Source: Centroscyllium fabricii (taxonomy: Eukaryota). From it: a stretch of DNA of 64,000 nucleotides. Where the stretch lies: assembly GCA_051313645.2 (NCBI GenBank), contig JBNRSN020000005.1, positions 123,008,001 to 123,072,000 of the forward strand, given 5' to 3'. The position numbers and the translations under genes were made by a program. This document shows positions 37,101 to 49,230 of the stretch, piece by piece (positions within the stretch are counted from its first letter, which is position 1; each line of letters opens with the position of its first letter). The notes under the pieces were generated by a model. The model saw nothing but the letters and a program-made list of their open reading frames with translations. It had not been told where the DNA came from and did no database searches.

Positions 37101-38839
37101 CTGGGGTGAGGTTAGCAAAAAGGGATGGAGGGGTAACCTTAAGGGTTGAGAGACCGCAGGTAGTATACTGGGGGTTCCGCTTTGAGTCGCGGTTTGTGAC
37201 CGTGAGGGGAGGGAGGGGTCCACCGAAAGCCATCGTAACGCTCTGAAGGTGGCACTGGAAATCCAGTCCCAGGAGTAGGGGGGCGCAGAGCTGCGGCAGC
37301 ACGTAAAAACTAAACTTGTTAAAGATAGCCCCCTTTACGTTTAGCGTTACACTACAGCGCCCGGTGACATCAGCGGATTCCGATTTTGACGCCATAGATA
37401 TTCTCTGGCGCGCAGGGATTACTTTAAGGGAGAGGCGCTTAACAGTATTCTGATGTACAAAACTTACTGTGCTCCCGCTGTCGAACAGGCACACCACCTC
37501 TTCACCGTTAACTTCCACCGGCATCATTGATCTCCCCAGTGGCTGGATTGTCTTCTGATCTAGGCTCATAGATGCTAGTACTGGGTCCTCCCCAAAATCT
37601 TGATCCGGAGAGTAGTTATCTCGGTCTGGATAGTAGTGATTTTGATCCGGGGAGTAGTCCTCCAGGTCAGTTTCCTGGGATGGCTGCCTCCATGTGCTCT
37701 GCTGTTGGGTGGGGGATGGGTGCTGCTGCAGCCTTGAGCTTGAGTGCTGCTGGTTGGGGGATGGGCGAGGCCGATTTTGCAGCTCCCTTGTTCCACAGGC
37801 AGCACTGTCCAGTCTTGGTTTAACATATGGGCCTTTGCAGACCTTTGCATAGTGCCCCTTTTTGTCGCACTTGGAGCAGATTGCTTCTCTGGCGGGGCAG
37901 CTACGTCTTTGATGCTGTGGTTGTCCACAGAAGTAACATTTCGCTTTAGCGTGGGCCGCTGTGAGAAGTTCCTCTGACGGTCTCTGCCCCCGCACTGTCC
38001 AAGATTGCGGGGCTGGGCCCGTATAGTTAGTAGAATACGATGATAAATCTGTAGAGGCGCTGTCTAGCGCGTGTCCCAAATCGACAGTGGCCTGTAAGTC
38101 CTGGCCATTTTGTTCTAATAGTCTTTGCCTAGCATAGTCCGATTTTAGGCCTGTTACATAGGCATCCCTGATGAGACTCTCCATATGTACTAGGGCCGTT
38201 TGTGCTCTGCAGTCACAGTCCCGTGCCAGGGTTCTGAGGGCTCTTAGGAACTGCACACTTGATTCGTTGTCCTGCTGTTTTCGGGTGGCCAGTATGTGTC
38301 TCGCGTGGACTCTGTTTGGCGCCCGATTGTATTCCCCGTCGAGGGTCCTGAGGGCTTCGTTAAATGATGAGGCGTCCACGATCATCGAGTATACTTGCGG
38401 GCCCACCCGGGCGTGGAGGAGCCGTCGTTTTTGCTCCTCGGTCATTATGTCCGTTGCGTTGGCTCTAATGTATCCTTCCAATACATTTCGCCAGTGTGAG
38501 AAGGCATTGGATGCTCCAGGAGATCGGGGGTCAACCTCGAACACTGATGGTTTCAACATTGCAGTATCCATTTCAAGAAGTTAATAAAATTGTAACCGTC
38601 AATAACGTCTTCGGAGTCGAATAGTAGGTTATAATAATCAGGCTTTTATTAACTTCGTTGGAGATACACAACCGAGCTGACTGTCCCCAGAATGGCGCGG
38701 GGGATGGGGACAGTCCTTTATGTACCTCCTCCGGCGGGGGAGGAGTCATGGGCGGTGCCAGGTATCATACAGGTGTTACATGGTATTACAGTGCTATACA
38801 GGTGTTACATGGTATTACAGTGATATACAGTTTATCACA
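34159..38839 (-). mobile_element. Intact Gypsy LTR retrotransposon C
   Basis: 249-bp LTRs (34159-34407 and 38591-38839) are identical by eye, with TG..CA ends and a TCCTC TSD (34154-34158, 38840-38844). PPT gaaggggtgaa and a single ORF. Confidence 0.97.
34537..38571 (-). CDS. gag-pol: Gag-Pol polyprotein, 1344 aa (Gag with two CCHC knuckles, PR, RT, RNase H, IN)
   Basis: CYFCGQPQHQRRSC/CSKCDKKGHYAKVC, LFDSGS, FPYLDNV, ESDASD, HNDLCH..CQVC, VDFKG, HSDRG and QVERE. No stops. Confidence 0.97.
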   Translation of the reverse strand: MDTAMLKPSVFEVDPRSPGASNAFSHWRNVLEGYIRANATDIMTEEQKRRLLHARVGPQVYSMIVDASSFNEALRTLDGEYNRAPNRVHARHILATRKQQDNESSVQFLRALRTLARDCDCRAQTALVHMESLIRDAYVTGLKSDYARQRLLEQNGQDLQATVDLGHALDSASTDLSSYSTNYTGPAPQSWTVRGQRPSEELLTAAHAKAKCYFCGQPQHQRRSCPAREAICSKCDKKGHYAKVCKGPYVKPRLDSAACGTRELQNRPRPSPNQQHSSSRLQQHPSPTQQQSTWRQPSQETDLEDYSPDQNHYYPDRDNYSPDQDFGEDPVLASMSLDQKTIQPLGRSMMPVEVNGEEVVCLFDSGSTVSFVHQNTVKRLSLKVIPARQRISMASKSESADVTGRCSVTLNVKGAIFNKFSFYVLPQLCAPLLLGLDFQCHLQSVTMAFGGPLPPLTVTNRDSKRNPQYTTCGLSTLKVTPPSLFANLTPDCKPVATKSRRYSAGDRAFIKSEVQRLLKEGVIEASNSPWRAQVVVVKTGEKNRMVVDYSQTINRFTQLDAYPLPRIADMVNQIAQFKVFSTIDLKSAYHQLPIRSQDRLYTAFEADGRLYHFLRVPFGVTNGVSVFQREMDRMVDRYRLRATFPYLDNVTICGHDQQDHDANLQKFLHTAKTLNLTYNKEKCVFNTGRLAILGNVVENGVIGPDPDRMRPLMELPLPHSPKSLKRILGFFAYYAQWVPNYADKARPLLKSTSFPLSAEANSAFCGIKKDIAKATMHAVDESVPFQVESDASDFALAATLNQAGRPVAFFSRTLQGPETRHSSIEKEAQAIVEAVRHWKHYLAGKRFTLLTDQRSVAFMFNNKERGKIKNDKILRWRIELSAFNYDILYRPGKFNEPPDALSRGTCASAQADRLQTLHNDLCHPGVTRLVHFVKSRNLPYSIEEVKTMTSNCQVCAECKPHFYRPDRAHLIKATRPFERLSVDFKGPLPSANRNVYFLNVIDEYSRFPFAIPCQDMTSATVIKALGSIFSLFGYPNYIHSDRGASFMSDELRQYLLAKGIATSRTTSYNPRGNGQVERENATVWKAIQLALKSKDLPVTRWQDVLPEALHSIRSLLCTATNTTPHERLFAFPRKSASGTSLPSWLLSPGPVLLRKHVRGHKADPLVERVHLLHANPQYAYIAYPNGREDTVSIKDLAPAGIPKTSPARQPELPKTPVTPPEPPKPKYELRHVGPVPQYVHKAPARSTTQPQAWIHNALPPEPEDERESAPPAVEIRASPPPGSDITTTGQPAEKEQTTQPATPRQRTPQALPARRATQRQRTPQAPPALRRSARTTKPPERLNI

Positions 38840-39610
38840 TCCTCTCTCCACTGTCGCTGCTTTAATTCAAGTCCGCTCTCGGGCCGCTCTTTATCCTCTC
38901 GCCGCTGCCGCTGCTTTAATTCAGGTCCACTCTTGGGCCGCTCTTTATCCTCTTGCCGCTGCCGCTGCTTTAATTCAGGTCCGCTCTAGGACCGCTCTTT
39001 ATCGTCTCTCTGCTGTCACTGCTTTAATTCAGGTCCGCTCTCAGGCTACTCTTTATCCTCTCGCCGCTGCCGCTGCTTTAATTCAAGTCCACTCTCGGGC
39101 CGTTCTTTATCCTCTTGCCACTGCCGCTGCTTTAATTCAGGTCCGCTCTCGGGCCGCTCTTTATCCACTCTCCGCTGCCGCTGCTTTAATTCAAGTCCAC
39201 TTTCGGACCGCTCTTTATCGACTCTCCGCTGCCGCTGCTTTAATTCAGGTCCACTCTCGGGCCGCTCTTTATCCACTCTCCGCTGCCGCTGCCGCTGCTT
39301 TAATTCAGGTCCGCTCTCGGGCCGCTCTTTATCCTCTCGCCACTGCCGCTGCTTTAATTCAGGTCCGTTCTCGGGCCACTCTTTATCCTCTCGCCGCTGC
39401 TTTAATTCAGGTCCGCTCTTGGGCCGCTCTTTATCCTCTCGCCGCTGCTTTAATTCAGGTCCACTCTCGGGCCGCTCTTTATCCTCTCGCCACTGCCGCT
39501 GCTTTAATTCAGGTCCACTCTCTGGCCGCTCTTTATCCTCTCTCCACTGCCACTGCTTTAATTCAGGTCCGCTCTCGGGCCGCTCTTTATCCTCTCGCCG
39601 CTGCCGCTTC
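38840..39610. repeat. Satellite array, right part (same 54-bp unit)
   Basis: The array resumes in register after the TSD. Confidence 0.95.
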
Positions 39611-42600
39611 CTTCATGACTCACAGTCTTCAGAAAAGGAGGGTAAAGGGAAATAATTATGCAGAAATATATGTTACCGAAGCATACTTACTTCTGCATTG
39701 GGTTTTGCCATGTGTGCAGAGTCATGGAGTCATGTCTGTATGAACTAAATGTAATGGCTCCAAAACCAACCTGTGCCTTTAAAGCACACCCACAAACCAT
39801 CCATCCATTGTTCTATATTTTATTTGTTTGTGGTTTATGCCCAGGAGTATGCCTTCATGACTCAATTTCGGCACTTGGTTTTGGAAGCTCTCGAGCCCTG
39901 ATATTAACGTCTTCGAGTCACCTTAATCTTATGCTGACTGCAGCTCCCTTGTTCAAAACTATACCTGTCATAAGCTGGAGTAGCCCTTTTATCAATCTGT
40001 ACTTATTTGTCATAAATTTTAATATGGAAGTAATACACTGCAGCAGTATGTTCATACAATCACTGTCAGCAGAGCACTGCTAGTATAGCACAGGCAAGAG
40101 CATTTCAGCTTAGTGTTTCTACTGTTATTGGCATTTTTCATCATATTCAAGTGGTAGTGGTCAATTTTCTTCAAAAGATGCACTTCCCCAACTTACCGAG
40201 GAGACAGGCAGTAATAAATTCTAGTTGCGCAGTCATTTTCCTTCATAGCCAGAAGCTACAATAAAAGCAATGAGCTGGGTGTCGCTAAGTAACTTGGGTT
40301 TACACAGTATTCTGCTTTATTGAAAACCAAGGAATATGAATATTATTAATAAATATACAAGCATTCTTTGCAAGGGGTAAAATCAATTTACTTTGCATTC
40401 AAGCAACGTGTGCCTACATGGTGCAATTCCATCATATTACAGGCAGGCATCGCTTGTTAGGCTTTGGCCTAAAGAAAATGCAGGGATCATATACCAACAC
40501 CTTGACGTAGATGTACAGCTGCTCTCACTGTGGCTGTCTCACCTTTAGCCCTGTCTGTCTGCTGCTGGCTTTCATTTTCTGCATTCATACATCAATAAGC
40601 TTTGCATGCTGACACCTAATTTTGCAGGGTACTTCGGTTATGGAGTCCGTGTTTTGCATATCACTCAACACCAACAGCACCCCCCCCCACCCCCACCGAC
40701 TTCCCATTTTCTATACACACACACACTCTCTCTTTTTCTGTAAGTAGTGAGCCTGTCAGCTTTGTGTTTGCAAGAAGAGAATGAGTGTGAATGTCACTTT
40801 CATGTGCAGCTCTGTGCTCTTTTTAATGAGGAATCGGGTCTCCTTTGGAGGCAGCAGAGGGGATGAGGAGGAGATGTCACCCCCTGTAGCCCATGTCCTC
40901 GGAGGAGCTGACAATTCCAGATAAATCAGCTTGTGTACTTCCTCCCCTCCAAACACCACCTGCAGTGGGAGGAGAGGACTAATTTCCCTTGGAGAGCCAT
41001 GCAGGCAGGACATATTGATCCGTTAGAATAAAATTAACAAAACAGGGACCAATGTTCCAAACAAATAACGAACCAACCCCATTTCTTTTTTTTTTTAATT
41101 ATAAAATTCCCATCTTTTGTTTTTAGAAATTAGCTGCTTTTGAAAAAGCGAGAGTAGATCTCAAGCCAGATGCTTTGATAAAGTCGGGGGTGGGGTGGGG
41201 TGGGGGGGGGGGGGGGAAGTGCCCTGAAATTCAACCCACAAGAACAAAAAAAAACTGCTTGCATTCTTGCTTTTATTATCTTGCTACTGTCATTTCTTGA
41301 GCTTTGTATCTTGCGACAAAGAAAAAGGAAAAAGCCTGTGAAATTAATCTTTTGTGCATGGCCTGATACAGAGGAGACATGCTCAGACAAAAGATAGACT
41401 GAGCGAAGGTACAGTGATTGATGACTAAAGTAAAGGTGTCAGAGGAGTATTATGTAAATTACTGGAGGCGCAGACCATTTCAGAGAGAGAGGAAGAGAGA
41501 GAGAGAGAGAGCGAGGACTGTGGTGCCGATGTCATCAAGACACCAGTCCCCAAACACCAATTTCTTGCCATCTTTCATCTATCCAGACAACCTTTGGTCA
41601 GAATCTATTTGAGTTGCACTCTACAAAAAATATATGAGAATCGAGCAACATTTAGGCTTGAGAAAACAAATAAATAAAGGCAGAGTTCACATTTTTCAAT
41701 TGCTCAAAGGAGAAAGCTGTTTTACCTGAATGTGCACAGAGATGTCACCATTTAATAAAATGACAAAAACAATCTATCACATATGCATGAACACAGAACA
41801 ATATAAAGAGGTTAACAGAAATTGATGACATCCACACTTTAATTTTACACCAAATCAGAGTATTTTGTGATTGAAATAGACAAAGATGTATAGGGTTATC
41901 TGGTTGAAGAGGCTGTGCTAATTACTGGCACTTGTCATTTCTTCATAGCTTCATCTAAGTCACGGAGGCTAACTAGCAATTTTTCCTCCGTGTGCGTTGT
42001 TTGTTTAGTGGGCTTTGTGCTGAGGAAGCTGTTCTGCAACAGCACCCCATTATTAACTGTTTCATTATTAAATGGCTCCTAATATTTTTATTGGTCAGTG
42101 CCATGATGAGAACAATTGGACTGCAATGAAGTATTGCTGTTTTTAATAAACTAGTCACTTGTAATTTAAGTCGAGAAAGCCTGCTGATGAGGTACAGTTG
42201 TCAAGTCATACATTTTCCAACATAAAATACTCTTCTTGTAATCGTGACTGCTAATCCTTAGCTGTAAGGACAGGAGAAGCTGATACGTATTAAGCGTTAA
42301 CCCTTTCAGTAGTACAAGTGTTTATTTAAGTCAGAATAAAATATTCCCTGAATTAACATTAGCTTTCATATTAACTGAAGTCTTGGTTTAATTTGCACTG
42401 ATACCTGGTTACTATTGCTGGATCAATGAAATGCAGCATTTTGGTGGCATTGTGTGTTTGAAGTACATGGGAGGGAAACATCCAAATTCAGTATTTATAT
42501 AAACAACATTCTGAATGCCATAAGTAACAATTGTGACCTAAAACAAACTTCTCCACAAGCAGCTCCAGTACTAATAATTAGCACAATGGGGCATCAAAGG

Positions 42601-44459
42601 GGTTCTATTAAAAGTACAGGTATTATGTCACCTGCAATTATTGTCAAGCAAAACAAATTCCCACTCATAAACAACGATTGAAATCGATAATACTAAAGGT
42701 TCAGTCAGAGACGGGACAGCTTTTAAGATTTGAAAGACATGCAAATTCTGTACTTTAAGAAGAATCAAAATGTTTTACTTTTATAAAGTTTATAGGATAA
42801 TCAGATTTCTGCAACCATCTTTGATGTTTCTGATCTGATCTGATGACAGCTTAGTCTACTTTCAGCTGTCATCCTCAAACTCCTGTCTTTCTGCTTCCCC
42901 AGTGAGATGTCATATTGGCTTTAAAATAAAGAAAGATTTGAAACTGTTAAAAGAGCCATTCTTGACTAGTAAGTTGCCTTGCAAGACAACTAATGAGACG
43001 GTGAACAGAAGATGAGTGAGGCAATGTGACTGGCAATGGGATGGCATCATTGCATTTAATGTGTGTGGGATTGAATACATACTCTGCCACTATAGTACCA
43101 ATTGAATGTCTCCACTAGACCACCAAGAATCAGACCCTCATGCTCATTAGGCTACTGTAGTTAATGTGGCATCAGTCACTGATGATAGATGCCTAACTAC
43201 CAACAGTCATGATAGCAGAGAACTTGTAATAGGAAACAGAAAATGGAAAACTGCAAATGGATAAAGGAATATTTTTACCAATGCACACAGTGCCATTTCT
43301 CTCAAAGGATGAACACACCAGAACCCGAACTGTTCAAATTGGACTACTTTTGTGGTTCTCTTCTCCATCCAGAAAACAAAGATAGAGGGGAATTATACAT
43401 GGGAAAACAAATTGTTCCCTCTTTGCAATTGGGGAAAGGGGTAAATAGCAGCACCACAGCAAAAGTTACAAAGCTAGATCATTAAGCAGTTGTCAGAAGC
43501 GAAAATCATCAAAATCACACAACAAATGAGAGGGCCAATTTTCCTGACCAGGTTACTTACCCACCCTGGAGCCACCTGGAGCTGATCTGCCAGTATTTTA
43601 ATCTGCTCCACTGAGCGGGAAGCAGTAATGAGTTTCCCTCCAAGCCAACACATCAAGGAATTGGATTGTGGCCAGAATAGGTCAAAATGCTAAGTTTAAA
43701 ATGTTTTTAATATTCCTTCTTGTGCAGGAGAGCTCCTCCGGGCCCCAGAAGGAAAGTTTAAGCCTCCCCCTGATATGATTCTCCCCACCCCGCCGGTCAT
43801 GTGGATGGTTCAGCAGCTGATCCCGCCACTTATTTAGTCTCAGCGAGCGGCATCTGGGCCGTGCAACCCTCCGCTGTTGCCCACCAACTTCCTGCCTGGA
43901 ATAGGAGAGAAGCCGGCCAGTGGCATTTAAATGAGGACCGGGAGTTAAAATACCTCAGACCTTTTTTCTTTGCTGCAGCAGGTGAGTTTTGAACTGACAC
44001 CAAAACCTACCCACCAAAAACTGGGCTCCAATTAAAATCGGGGCCATAGAACTACTGAAATAGAATTAGCAGTACAGACCTTAGAGCTCTTTCATAATGT
44101 TTGGGGGTGAGGGAATAATGTAGGCCCATGTATTGCTTATCTGATCAAGCCTTGATTAGATAATTTTGAATAGATACTGACTACCTCCACGAATCTAGCC
44201 ACCACAGTGTTAGTTATTCATTAGCTTGCATTTATATTTCTTTATCTTCCAAGCTTTAGGTTCCCCACATACATGTAAATAAAGCAACCACTGTCATTTT
44301 TTTATATTTGAATTGGGAAAATATTAATTTTTATAATAATTTGAACTGGCGGAGAAACTCATTGCTACTTCCCGCTCAGGCCTCCTAGTAAGAATTTAAA
44401 TGATTAATTATTTACTTGTATATTTCTGTTCGCTCATTGCTGGTGATTGGTTCCTTGAG

Positions 44460-44775
44460 TGCCAGGTGCCCGCTGCTACTTTGCCCAAGTGGCCATTATT
44501 TATGTGTGAGCCTTTTCAGCGAATGTCGAATGCAAGGCATCGCAGCAGAGCCCGATCCTATCCTCACCCAACTTCAATGCACACTCAATTCCAGCAAGAG
44601 TTGCTAGAGAGTGATCAGCTGTCAAAACTCTCCCCAACCCATGGGCACTGAGGACAATTATAGCACTGCCCTACTGCTACCCCAGCTGGAGATCAACAAA
44701 CTCAGCACAGACTGGGGAATCAAGCCTTAGACCTTCTTTCTACCCACTGGGTAAACTCACTAAGCCATCAGGGGA
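44460..44775 (-). mobile_element. Old tRNA-derived SINE remnant (LF-SINE-like)
   Basis: A reverse-oriented head (ctcagcacagactggggaatcaagcc) and body resemble ancient vertebrate SINEs. The family assignment is tentative. Confidence 0.4.
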
Positions 44776-47700
44776 CTTGAGGGTAATTATTTATATATGC
44801 TATTACAAAATGATTGGTTATTTAAAAAATATTACCATTCTATAATGAAATAATGCATTTCTGTCCAGACACTCTTAACTTCTATGGGCCAATTCCAGTG
44901 CTCTGCCACTCTCTGTGCCCTCGCTTCCTCCTCACCTCACCACACCCAACCCATACTCAATCGGGTAAATTTAATCCCTTCAACCAATTGGTTATCAGCT
45001 CCTTACTCAGATGCTATTGACCAATAACTCACCAGGAATTAAAAGAAAGTAGAAATATTGATCAGGACCAACCAAGAGCAGGGGAATGGAGTAAAACAAG
45101 CTATTGATTATAACAGTGATTTACCCAACCAATGAGTGAATATAGTGCAGCTCGTTGCTGGTTTACCACAGTCTTAAATTATTATCAGTCGATTTAGTCC
45201 TACCCCAAATGCAATTTCACACACTTGCTTTCTAATTTTTTTATATATTTCTGTTAATCAGTTTATGCATTACTCTCCAGCATAAATAAATCTCAGTAAT
45301 TGTTTTACTTCATCTGTCTCCATCCTTGTTTTTATTTACAAACAAAATGGCCTTCTCTTCTGATGAGAAAAATGATTAGAACTTCCCAACAAAAGTTCAA
45401 GTGTTTCAAAAATTAGTGCTGCAGTAATCAATCAATACAAGAAAGGAACTGATTGATTTTGTTGGTGAGGACAAGAGGCTTAATGTAACATTTTGCTGTT
45501 CCTGGTTAAATTGGGTCTGCCACTATGAGCCAAGATGGTTACCAGAGAGGCTAATGTGTAAAATAGCTGGAGATTATAAAGCAAGTTGTGTCATCATACA
45601 GATATTATTCTCAGTTTCATTGTTTTCTGTTTGACAGGTCTGGGTCATATTATAAGGCTAGAAATTGCTGTTGCCTACATTAGCAGACACGTTGATATGA
45701 CATTCCACTGATCACTGTTTTAGTGAAGGTATGAACTCATTTAAAATAAATGGGATAATGCCAGAATTAAAATACCAGACAAAAGAATATTGTATAAATG
45801 TGTTAAGCTTTCATTCACTAATATCACTAGCAATAATTTCGGCTATAGTTACCAAAAATTACTAAAACAAAGGACAAAAATTAATTTTACAAATGTTCTG
45901 GACACCAAAATAATTTCCCCACCTTTTCATTTAATTTGTAATGCAGATAATGATAGTTGATATATTAAGGGAGCCAATATACAATCTATTGATAAAAGGT
46001 AAGATATATTCCTCCAGTCATCTTACAAGTTGTGAAGCATAATCAGTGAAAATCCAAGGGGACTAATCTTGAATGTATCATAATGACATGCAAATTCAAT
46101 CACTGACATACAATCAGGATCTGTAGCTCAAAATTAATATTCCCTCCTTTCAAAAAAAACAGTCAACACAATATTTGATTAATTCATCAATGAACCTAAC
46201 AATTAAAATGTACAGAGGTAGCAATCTAAGCTGTGTCTTTGAGGGAATAACAATACACATTTCCTTCATATTACTTTGTCCAAAGTCACATCTTTAATTG
46301 CATTGCTAAGATATTAAATTCAGCTCAATGTTGGGGGAAAAAATCAGCATAATCCAAGTTTATCAAAAAATTGTAAATTTGAATTTATCTACTGATTTCC
46401 ATGTAAAGGTATGCTGCAAACTACTGTGTAAAAGCACCATATGACTGAAACACTTCACAAGTATTGGATGTTGCTAGGTTACCAGAAAATTGAATGGACC
46501 ATTGCCAATGATGAATTAACTGATGAGGCTGGGTGACAGTAATCTTTGTCACTGGATGCAGCAGTTGTATAAGCCCTGTCATATCAGCTGGCTCACGTAA
46601 ACCAGATGTAGCTAAACTGGAATGTCAACCAGACACATAAAAAGTTCAAAACAAGGCTGATAACTTTCAGATATATGTTCTAAAGATGACTCCCAAGAAC
46701 TGAAAGAGAATCGTTTGGATGGCAGTGATTATTACTTGTGGGGCTTAAAAGAAAGTCTGATTTCTCTGCCTTCACTGCCACAATGTTTTAAATGAGGCAC
46801 AGAGATCTGCTGGGCACGTAAAGAGAAAGTATTTAGTTTGCATTGTACTCTATTATAATTTGATCAATTTAACACTGGTGATGAAATCACAGTCTCACAG
46901 AATATATACCACATGGTTGGGATGAGCAAGGGAGTTATGATCCGACAGCTCCCCTCTCATAGTGAAACCTCTCATGTAGACATATATCATTATGCATACC
47001 ACATGGATTACATTTAAGCAAAATATATGAGCATATTAACCACACAAGAGTTTTGCATGTTAAAAGATTGTGTGCAATCATTTTCGAGCATGACCAAATA
47101 CTACTATTTAAAATGCTCAGTACTTATCTTTTAACTTGTCTACATTTGAAATATTATTTTTCTCCACTTTGTTACATAATATTGATGTTTTCTAGTCTTA
47201 TTTGGATGTCCCTGCATGCCTAAAAATTAGCAGCGCTACCTCTCCCTTGTAATGTCACTGGACTCAGTGAAGAAGCTGGGAAGCAGGCAACAAAGTGTTG
47301 CTGTATTGCAAAGGCGGTCTGCCAACATGAGGTTCTTTGCCTGACCTTTGAAAGGTTTCTTAGATATGATTCTCAAGGGTGTTAACTTCCCCTTCAATGA
47401 AGCTGCTGTGAGGTCCAAGTAACATCAGTTGCAATTAGAGTAACACTCCATTAATCTCCATAAGTACGCTTTAGAATTTAACCTGCAGAGCAATATGACA
47501 AGAGAAAGTAGAATGATCATAAACTCTTTTAAAATGCTTGTGTTGGCTTTTTCTCTTCCAATTTGAGACAATTCCTGGCACAATTTCCACCCACATTAGC
47601 CCCGCCCACCCTAATAATGCCCCAATGCATCATAGACCCTAAGGAAATTTGAGCCTACTGTGTCTCTGCTCAACGTTTCCCCTGATGGCTCATCCAATAT

Positions 47701-48824
47701 CTGGAACCCGCCATTTGTAATTGCGGGTGGTAATCTTCCCTTTACCTCCTAGCAGTAAATGTGCTTAAGGCTTAATTCACACATGAGCCCCTTCATGAGA
47801 GGAGGGGAGAAAATTAGAATAAAAAATGCATTTCTCTAGGCATTGCTGCAGTGATTTGGTTTTAATGAGATTTTGCCTCTACGTAGTCATGTTAGAAATT
47901 CTGTCAGTTTAGCTGTATCTGTAGTCAATCCCTTCAAATATATTTGCTGCTAAAGACTGAATCATGATTTTATCAGATGCTGTTTAAGAATATGATAGTG
48001 CTGGTTTGTAGAGCTTAAGGCTCTCATTCAGCAGGCCCTGTTTTATTGTACCCAATGGCAGATGTGCATTTCTCCCTCCATTCACTCCACTCCTTAGTGT
48101 AAATGACCTGACATTCAGCCATCATAGGTCCATTAAGCATAGGATTACAAAGCTGTCATTCAGTTCAGGATGTCTGTTCCAGTACACACATGGCTCTGGT
48201 CCCCTTTGTTTGCACTCCAGAGGTGCGGCTTTAACTTGCTGAAATTGGGTAGGTAGGCAGCAGGTTGCAGAAACTTGGTTTGTATTGCCTCTAGTTTAGA
48301 AGGTTGTGGGGTGATCTAATTGAGGTCTTTAAGATGGACTTGAGGTACAGATTAGCCCTGATCTAATTGAATGACACAGCAGACTCGGGGGCTGAATGGC
48401 CTCCTCCTGTTCCTATCTGAGCAACCATGATCTTATTGAATGGCGGAGCAGGCTTGAGGGGTCAAATGACCTACTCCTGCTCCTACATCTTATGTTATTA
48501 TGTTCTTATGAAACATCACGTGGCCCACAGAGCATTTGCCAAGACCAGATCAGTGGCAGGATTGATTGTCGGGGCCAGCTCCTCCTGGCCCCACAAGGAA
48601 AGTAAATAAAAATTAAAATCTCACCTTAATAAGCCTCTTCTGGCCTTGATCCACGCTGTTGGGTTGGTCTGGCAGTGAACTTATTGTGCTTCCCATTTAG
48701 CCCACCAAGTTAAAACTGCAGACAAGTCCCAATGGCGTCATTGTGTCAATGCTGGATCTTTGCTGGGGCAATCCAAAGCCAATCCCACTACACTGCTATC
48801 TTCCCTTAACCCAAAATCTTCTTC

Positions 48825-49230
48825 CACGTGTCAGGTGAGGCTCAGTAGTAGCATTCTCACCTCTGAATCAGCAGGTTATGGGTTCAAATACCACCCCGGG
48901 GACATGAGCACAAAATCTAGACGAACACTCAAGGGCAGTACTGAGGAAGAGCTGTACTGTCGAGGTGCTGTCCTTCATGTGGATGGAAACGATCCCATGG
49001 CACTATTTCGAAGAGCAGGGGAGTTCTCCTCGGTTTGCTGACCAATATTTATCTCTCAATCCAACATCACTAAAACAGATTATCTGGTCATCACCACATT
49101 GCTGTTTGTGGGAGCTTGCTGTGCACAAATTGGCTGCCACGTTTCCTACATTACAACAGTGACTGCACTTTAATTGGCTGTAAAGTGCTTTGGGACATCC
49201 TAAGGTCATGAGAGGCAAGTCTTCCTTTTC
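48825..49230 (+). mobile_element. SacSINE/Deu-domain SINE with L2-type tail
   Basis: tRNA-like head ggctcagtagtagc..ggttcaaat, Deu core cccatggcactatttcgaagagcaggggagttctcc..cattgctgtttgtgggagcttgctgtgc, and tail tgtaaagtgctttggga. Confidence 0.75.

Noticed and set aside
30758-39743. ORFs with AALIQVRSRAALYPL / CFNSGPLSGRSLSS repeats
   Set aside because: The 54-bp unit and 6-bp slippage keep frames open by arithmetic. There is no evidence of coding selection.
41186-41216. G-run with G-quadruplex potential, and the nearby (GA)n at about 41482-41512
   Set aside because: Ordinary simple repeats with no further support.
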